IMG/VR virus record: IMGVR_UViG_3300010362_000068
Coordinates: 1 to 32,561 of that record
Direction: 5' to 3' (one strand)
Length of the DNA: 32,561 nt
From: a virus
Lineage: Duplodnaviria > Caudoviricetes
The notes under the pieces were generated by a model. The model was not told the origin of the DNA, searched no databases, and worked only from the letters and a program-made list of their open reading frames with translations. Numbering within the stretch: position 1 is the first letter of the stretch; each line of letters begins with the position of its first letter. The position numbers were made by a program, and so were the translations under genes. This document shows positions 27,140 to 32,561 of this stretch, piece by piece.

Positions 27140-27598
27140 TCAGCCGTTGCGGATGGCCTCGAGCGCCGCCTTGCCGGTGAGCGGCCAGCGCTTGGTGTCG
27201 CCCCGGCGAGCTGCGGCCCTGCGCTCGTCACCGCCGCGCTTCTTGGTCTTCGTGCGCTGCTCCTGCTCGGCCAGGATCTCCGCTCGCGCGGCGGCATCCT
27301 TGGCCTCGCCCTCCTTCTTGCGGCGCAGGAAGTCGGGCATGTCGTCGGCGACCATGGCTGCAGCGAACTGCTGCAGCTGCTCGCGCGCGGTGTCCGATCG
27401 CACGGCCGGCTTGGGTGCCGGCGCCGGCTGCGGTCGCGGCGGCTTCTCGAGCCGCACGATCTTGCGCTCGAGCCGCTTGATCGTCTCGGTGTAGCGCGCG
27501 ATCATCGCGAGGTAGCGCTCGCGCGTCTCGCGGGTGGCCGCCAGGGATTTGCGGGCCTGCGTCAGACGTCGCTCGCGCAGAGAGGTGGTCTCTGTCAT
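27140..27598 (-). CDS. basic coiled-coil hypothetical protein
   Basis: GGAGA RBS, 152 aa, DDMPDFLRR motif. Confidence 0.75.
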   Translation of the reverse strand: MTETTSLRERRLTQARKSLAATRETRERYLAMIARYTETIKRLERKIVRLEKPPRPQPAPAPKPAVRSDTAREQLQQFAAAMVADDMPDFLRRKKEGEAKDAAARAEILAEQEQRTKTKKRGGDERRAAARRGDTKRWPLTGKAALEAIRNG

Positions 27599-27655
27599 CT
27601 TGGTATCTCCACGTTGTCAAACAGCCTGCGGCGTGTGTCCTCACGTCGCAGGCAC

Positions 27656-27664
27656 ATTCTAGCA
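27656..27664 (-). promoter_or_regulatory. extended -10 promoter
   Basis: TGcTAGAAT on the minus strand in an AT-rich intergenic region. Confidence 0.45.
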
Positions 27665-27981
27665 AACGCACTTTCTATAAATTTGATTTAGGGTCGAATT
27701 GTCCGACGCGACCCCTTGCGCCACCGAGACAACTTGCTCGAAAAAAAAGTGCTAGGTGCAGTGGTTGCTGTATTTCATGGCCGCCGCGCGCTTGCCGGAA
27801 TGCAAGAAGTGCCTGCGGCATCGGTGTAACAATATGTGATACCGGGTCGCATTGCCCTACCTCCCCACCTCCCTCCCCATGTACGTCCACCGGGTAGCTA
27901 ACAGGCTGCACACTTGCAGATTGTTGCGGGATCCTACACTCTTGTCGCCGCTAGGCGAGTCACTTGAATGGGAGAGCCTTT

Positions 27982-28725
27982 ATGGCATCACACCACGGCA
28001 AGCTCTTTGACCTTTTGGCAGGTCACATCCTCGAGACGTCCAGGCTGAAGCCTGTCCTAGACTTCCTCATGCAAGCGGAGAGTGGCGCCGTGGCAACGCT
28101 GGTGGCGTCCGATCCGGCGCAAGTGCGTGCGCGCGCCACGCCACTGCTCGAGGGGCCGCGTCCCCGCCATCTCGACGATCTGATCCTGGCGCACCTGAAA
28201 ACTCACGGCGGCTCGATCACCGTTGAGGAAGGAAGGCGCATCGCAGTCGCGGCCGGCTATTCGCCCAAGACCATTGGTGGAGCGCTTCATGTGCTCGCCA
28301 AAGCTGGACAGCTGGAGCGTGTCGGCCGCGCGCAATATGCGCTCGCGAAGACCAACGGCGCGGCAGCAGCGGCGAAGAAGACGCAGCACGCAGCCGGAAA
28401 GAAGAAGCTCAAGAAGAGCTACAAATTTGTTGGTAGTGACCCGGTCATCAAAAAACTGAAGAAGAAACTAGAGAAGAGGCAGCGCCAGGACCGCACGCAC
28501 GATGGACGCTCGCGCCTGGACGTTGCGCGGGACTACGTCAAGACCGTGCCGGCCGAGATCGAGTTTTCGACAGCCAAGCTCGCCGAAGTGTTGGAGAGTG
28601 AAGGCTTCTCTGGAGCCAGCAGCGGCATCCAATTTGTCACCAAGAGGCTGGTGGGCGAGGGCGTCCTCAGGCAAGGCGCGATGCGCGGCAGATGGTTGGC
28701 GCGCGGCGCCCAGGCCAGGGAGTGA
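27982..28725 (+). CDS. putative DNA-binding protein (two winged-helix-like regions, Lys-rich linker)
   Basis: GGAGA RBS. GALHVLAKAGQLERVGRAQYAL and VTKRLVGEGVL...RGRW wing-like motifs. Confidence 0.65.
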   Translation: MASHHGKLFDLLAGHILETSRLKPVLDFLMQAESGAVATLVASDPAQVRARATPLLEGPRPRHLDDLILAHLKTHGGSITVEEGRRIAVAAGYSPKTIGGALHVLAKAGQLERVGRAQYALAKTNGAAAAAKKTQHAAGKKKLKKSYKFVGSDPVIKKLKKKLEKRQRQDRTHDGRSRLDVARDYVKTVPAEIEFSTAKLAEVLESEGFSGASSGIQFVTKRLVGEGVLRQGAMRGRWLARGAQARE

Positions 28726-28728
28726 GCG

Positions 28729-29085
28729 ATGTCGTTACTCAAACTCTACAAGGCGTACAATTTCACCGACAAAGATCCGATCATCGACAAGCTGCGCACA
28801 CTGTTCCAGGCCGCCAAGGCGCACAACAAGAAGCTCTCCTACAAGGTGATTGCCGAGCAGAGCGGCATGAGCACCACCACCATGTACAACTGGTTCGACG
28901 GCAAGACGCGCCGGCCGCAGTTCGCGACAGTGATGGTGTTCGTGCGGGCGCTCGATGCGGATCTCGCCATTGTGCGGACCAACGAGGACGGCACACGCAC
29001 CGTGATGCAGATCACCAAGCGCGGCTCGCCGATCGCGCGGACGAACGGCAAGGGCAAGGTCGCGGAGAAGAGGGCGGCGGCATGA
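28729..29085 (+). CDS. XRE-family HTH regulator
   Basis: SYKVIAEQSGMSTTTMYNWFDGKTRRPQFATV. Confidence 0.85.
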   Translation: MSLLKLYKAYNFTDKDPIIDKLRTLFQAAKAHNKKLSYKVIAEQSGMSTTTMYNWFDGKTRRPQFATVMVFVRALDADLAIVRTNEDGTRTVMQITKRGSPIARTNGKGKVAEKRAAA

Positions 29086-29297
29086 CCGAGGCGACCATCG
29101 ATTCCATAACGGCGGACATCAGGCATCTTTGCGGCGATGAAAAAGCAAACGATGTTGCGCTCGCCTGCGCGCTTCTTATAGCCCAGATCATCTGCAGCGT
29201 GGCGACGGACCACGACGACGCGATGAGCAAGGTGGCGACAGTACATGCGGCCCTCCTCGAGGCGGTGAACCACCAATTCGGGATCCGGCCGCAATGA
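29082..29297 (+). CDS. hypothetical protein
   Basis: 71 aa MTEATIDS..., ATGA coupled on both sides. Confidence 0.65.
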   Translation: MTEATIDSITADIRHLCGDEKANDVALACALLIAQIICSVATDHDDAMSKVATVHAALLEAVNHQFGIRPQ

Positions 29298-29599
29298 AGA
29301 TCACCTGGGTCGATCGCGAGCGCGAGCCGCAAAGCCCACCGAACCCCGATTATCCCGATGGCATCAACATTGATGTGTCGCACGGTGCCAGCTCGATTTG
29401 CGTTGCCAACCTGCCCTACCCCGCCAAGCGCTGCGGGCTGTATCTCGTCAAGTGCGAGGTGTGCGGCACCACCGCCCTCGTCACGACAGCGGGGCGGCTC
29501 GACGATCCGCGCTCGGTGACAATGGCGTGTCAGCGGGAGGGCAGGCATGACCCCACAAAAAAAGGGGGCGGTCGAAACCGCCCCCCGGTCGATCAGTAG
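29294..29599 (+). CDS. Cys-rich hypothetical protein
   Basis: 101 aa, LPYPAKRCG...CEVCG...TTAGR.DDP motif. Confidence 0.7.
   Translation: MKITWVDREREPQSPPNPDYPDGINIDVSHGASSICVANLPYPAKRCGLYLVKCEVCGTTALVTTAGRLDDPRSVTMACQREGRHDPTKKGGGRNRPPVDQ
29557..29587 (-). terminator. intrinsic terminator for the peptide gene
   Basis: GGGGCGGT-cgaa-ACCGCCCC stem with an A7 run on the + side (U-tail on minus). Confidence 0.8.
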
Positions 29600-29727
29600 C
29601 ATTGAGTGTTGCATATCCGTTGATTGCCAACGTTGTAACAATTCGTTGTGCAATACCGGGCATATGCGGTCGACGACGCAATCAGGCCGCCGATCATCAG
29701 GACAGCAAACACGATCTTCATCTTCAT
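29593..29727 (-). CDS. secreted 4-Cys peptide (44 aa precursor)
   Basis: GGAGGA RBS. Signal peptide MKMKIVFAVLMIGGLIASSTAYA, mature RYCTTNCYNVGNQRICNTQCY. Confidence 0.75.
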   Translation of the reverse strand: MKMKIVFAVLMIGGLIASSTAYARYCTTNCYNVGNQRICNTQCY

Positions 29728-29824
29728 CCCCAGTCCTCCAATCTGATTTGGGACGAGCGGATGATAATCCAGTTTTGGCATAGCGCTGGATATGGGGAAC
29801 TACTTAATCGGGGCGGCTCGAGGC

Positions 29825-30043
29825 GTGTGTAAGTTCGCGCCCTGGGCGCCGCAGAACCCCAACAAGCCATGGGTCACCACCGGGCCTGTGTGTAACCCTA
29901 AGTGCCCGTAATCAAAGGCCTGTCACCATAATTCGGGATAGTGCTCACCACCCGGCGCCAACCCCTGCGCCACAGGCACTTCTGCGATTTGTGTGTAAGC
30001 CTGGGTTGCCGATGTGTTCATGGGCGTGTGTAAGTCTCACCAC
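29825..30043. repeat. candidate attP: GTGTGTAA x4 and TCACCA x4 direct repeats
   Basis: GTGTGTAA at 29825, 29888, 29991, 30026 and TCACCA at 29874, 29923, 29945, 30037, downstream of the integrase. Confidence 0.6.
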
Positions 30044-30263
30044 TACCCGTTCTCTCCATATTGCCCCATGGCGCACTCTGGCGCAGGGCCAGCATGGTGC
30101 CGCGCACGAACCAGCGGAGCTGCTGGCGGGTGATGCCGGCGGCGGTGATGGCCTCGATCATGCCGGGGCTGTTGGCGAGCCCGAAGTCGAGCGCCGGTTC
30201 GAACCGGCGTGGGTCGTATTCCGCGCGGAGCCATCGGCGCGGCTGGCGGGGCGGCGGCAGCAT
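30018..30263 (-). CDS. hypothetical protein
   Basis: GGGAGG RBS before MLPPPRQ. Its 3' end runs into the repeat region. Confidence 0.4.
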   Translation of the reverse strand: MLPPPRQPRRWLRAEYDPRRFEPALDFGLANSPGMIEAITAAGITRQQLRWFVRGTMLALRQSAPWGNMERTGSGETYTRP

Positions 30264-30451
30264 GGCGTTCCTCCCATTGAGCACCCGGCCTTGGATCTAT
30301 GCCCTGGCGCGCGGCCTGTCCATGCGCAACTGGCCCATCAGGTGGCCCATAGGCGCGCAGCGGGGCGCGCTGGTGCGCTGAAATGCGAACCGCCGGCAGG
30401 AGGATCCCCCTCCTGCCGGCGGCCTGGGCGGCCCTGGCTGCTTGTCCTGGC

Positions 30452-31765
30452 TCAGGCGGCCAGCTGCGCCTCACCCTGGGCCTTGAGCTTCGCGGCGTAG
30501 ATCGTCTCGGCGCGCTTCCACAGCCGGGGCGAGGCCTTCTGCCATGCGTCCATTGCCGCCTTGGCGTTGTCGAGCTTGATGACGCCCTTCTTGTAGGTCT
30601 CGAGCGACTTGGGATCGCGGTGGCCGGTGATCGACGTGATCAGCGGGTCGGGACAACCGGCGCGCACCAGACAATGGATGGCGTTGGCGCGCAGCCCGTG
30701 CGTCGTCAGCTTGACCACATCGGCGCGACCGTTGGCGATTGCCTTGATGCGCTTCTTGATCGAGATGCTGATGCCGCTGCCGTCGCGATCGGCGGCGCCG
30801 TACTGGTTGACGACGATGAACCCGTGCTCGTGGCGCTCGGTGACCTCGTCGAGCACCGCCTGCAGCTGCGGCGCCACCGGGATGTCGACCGGCTCGTCGG
30901 TCTTGACCTGCGCCTTGACCTTGACCCAGCGCGCACCGTCCTCGTCGGTCCACAGCGACGTCCACTTCATCTGCGCCACGTCGCTGACGCGCTGGCCGGT
31001 GTACAGGCACAGCATCAGGCACAGCCGCTCGCGCAGCGAGGCGCCGTCGAGATACTCGAGCACGATCTCGAGCGGCCACGCCTCGTTGCTCGTCTTGTCG
31101 AGGTGGACCATGCGCAGCCCGACCGCCGGATTGGGGATCTGCGCGATGTCCTTCATGAACATCACCTTGACGGCGAAGTTCCACAGCATGCCCACCATCA
31201 TCACCATGTGGTCGGCGCGCGACTTGCGGCCCTTCTCGCCACCGTTCTTGAGCTTGATCTTCTGCTTGGCGATCACACCCTGCACCGTGGCGATGCACTC
31301 GGGATCGATGTGCTTCATCATGTAGCCGGCGAGCGGACCCTTGCGCGTCTGGTAGGCCAGCAGCTCCTCCATCGAGCGGCGGTAATCATCCCGCGTGTTC
31401 TGCGCGTGCCGCAGGTAGGAGATCTCATCCTTCATGAAGCGGTTGATGACGAAGCCGAGCGTGCCCGCCGCCCACGCCACGCTGGCGACTTCCGGCTTCG
31501 GGCTCTTGCCTTCGGCGACGCGGTCGTAGCAGGCGCGCCATGCGTTGTAGAAATCCTGATTGGTCAGCGCGGCGAGTTTTACCTGCGTGCCGTTGTCGGC
31601 GCTCATGCGCAGGAACTCGACCGGCAGCACCAGCTCCTGGGTGTCGCCCTTGTGCCGGAACACGGCACGCCACACGCCGTCGAGGCGGTGGTGCGGGAAC
31701 ACGTTCAGGTGTTTGCCAACACGCACGACATTCTTCACGTTCTTCTTGTCAGTGATGGTCGTCAT
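30452..31765 (-). CDS. int: tyrosine recombinase / phage integrase
   Basis: LYTGQRVSDV (R), QVKT (K), HGLR (HxxR) and TGH...LETY (H, Y). The likely start MTTIT has a GAGG RBS. Confidence 0.95.
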   Translation of the reverse strand: MTTITDKKNVKNVVRVGKHLNVFPHHRLDGVWRAVFRHKGDTQELVLPVEFLRMSADNGTQVKLAALTNQDFYNAWRACYDRVAEGKSPKPEVASVAWAAGTLGFVINRFMKDEISYLRHAQNTRDDYRRSMEELLAYQTRKGPLAGYMMKHIDPECIATVQGVIAKQKIKLKNGGEKGRKSRADHMVMMVGMLWNFAVKVMFMKDIAQIPNPAVGLRMVHLDKTSNEAWPLEIVLEYLDGASLRERLCLMLCLYTGQRVSDVAQMKWTSLWTDEDGARWVKVKAQVKTDEPVDIPVAPQLQAVLDEVTERHEHGFIVVNQYGAADRDGSGISISIKKRIKAIANGRADVVKLTTHGLRANAIHCLVRAGCPDPLITSITGHRDPKSLETYKKGVIKLDNAKAAMDAWQKASPRLWKRAETIYAAKLKAQGEAQLAA

Positions 31766-32033
31766 CTTCCTCAAGCCCCAGAGCGACACGAAGCGGATTT
31801 TTGCTGGACCGCTTCTCCTTCCAGACTTCCACTGCTGCATCGAGATCCAACCGATCCCATACGGTCATCGCGTGCAGCTTGATCGGCGCCGGCATTTCGC
31901 CGGCATCGACCATGCGCAGAAACATGTTCGTCGACATCGCCACGTAGGCCGCAGCCCGTTCCGCCCGCAGCAGACGCGGCGGGTAGGCCAGACTGTCGGC
32001 CAGCTTCTTGGCGGCGGTTTCGATTGCGTTCAT
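31749..32033 (-). CDS. xis: excisionase / AlpA-like DNA-binding protein
   Basis: PRLLRAERAAAYVAMS...F..MV..GEMPAP......VWDRLDLD, overlapping the integrase start. Confidence 0.85.
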   Translation of the reverse strand: MNAIETAAKKLADSLAYPPRLLRAERAAAYVAMSTNMFLRMVDAGEMPAPIKLHAMTVWDRLDLDAAVEVWKEKRSSKNPLRVALGLEEDDDHH

Positions 32034-32049
32034 GTGTCATCGCCCTGAT

Positions 32050-32090
32050 CTTGTACGCTATTTCCGCGTATACGTCAATATAGCGTATAC
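32050..32090 (-). promoter_or_regulatory. sigma70 promoter with operator (copy 2) upstream of xis-int
   Basis: Minus strand TTGACG-TATACGCGGAAATAGCG-TACAAG, near-identical to 17607-17635. Confidence 0.8.
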
Positions 32091-32228
32091 CTACACACAC
32101 AGGCCAAAGGCCTCATGGTTTCCAAGGGGTTAGCAGGCGGGTCGGGTGCCCCATCGGCGCGCTGTCCCGGCCCGCCCATGGCGGTCTGAAGCTCCCAAAC
32201 AAGGCTCTCTCCCTGTGCGCCGACGCGG

Positions 32229-32528
32229 CTAGGTGGTCTCGATCTGCGCCTTGATGTGCGCCGTGGTGGCGGCCAGGAAGGCGCGAAACTCGGCATCAGC
32301 CTGGGTGCCGGCGACACTCTTCTGATGCATCAGCTTGCATTCGAATTTGCCGCCGAGCGCGTTCAGCGCTGCCGTCTCGGCGATCTCGTCGCGCACGCGA
32401 TCGAGCCCGATGAAACGCCGGTCGCTGTGCACGAACAGCCACGCGATCTGGCGCGCGCGATCGAGCCTGTGCGGATCGATCGTGAGCAGGAACGCCTGCA
32501 GCTGCGCCTTGCGTGTTTGCTTGGCCAT
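32229..32528 (-). CDS. hypothetical protein
   Basis: 99 aa ORF with protein-like composition. Confidence 0.6.
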   Translation of the reverse strand: MAKQTRKAQLQAFLLTIDPHRLDRARQIAWLFVHSDRRFIGLDRVRDEIAETAALNALGGKFECKLMHQKSVAGTQADAEFRAFLAATTAHIKAQIETT

Positions 32529-32561
32529 GTCACTGCATCTTCATGCCGAGAAATTTCATCA

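Noticed and set aside
27675-27960. ORF 27675..27911 and a promoter at 27914-27940
   Set aside because: AT-rich regulatory-looking DNA with no RBS for the ORF. The TTGCAG/TACACT spacing is only 15 bp.
29825-30043. Repeat cluster as a mini-CRISPR array or tRNA
   Set aside because: The repeats are only 8-13 bp with irregular spacing, and I see no cloverleaf or T-loop motif.
30383-31882. 499 aa + strand ORF antisense to the integrase
   Set aside because: Antisense shadow with no motifs. The same applies to 18005..19486, 22321..23859 and similar ORFs.

Overview
This is a high-GC, temperate, short-tailed (podovirus-like) phage or prophage segment, probably from an alphaproteobacterial host. The + strand carries a complete morphogenesis module: TerS-like gene, TerL, portal, scaffold, major capsid, decoration, adaptor, nozzle, GNAT, ejection proteins (one with an SLT domain), two paralogous tail fibres, a GH25 endolysin and a membrane lysis protein. 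The right end has HTH regulators, a repeat-rich candidate attP, a tyrosine integrase and an excisionase. I recognised no replication module, so the genome is probably incomplete. The standout feature is two tandem virion-module genes (13318-14733 and 14733-16169). They share a ~115-120 aa N-terminal leader ending in APEELAR but carry unrelated enzymatic C-termini (ADP-ribosyltransferase-like and DNA-glycosylase-like), suggesting a polymorphic injected-effector system. Other notable features are a duplicated promoter/operator linking an antisense HTH operon to xis-int, a CtrA-like box, a resolvase cassette with a res-like site, a promoter-bearing antisense membrane moron and a tiny secreted 4-Cys peptide. 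All family assignments come from motif recognition by eye, not from database searches.
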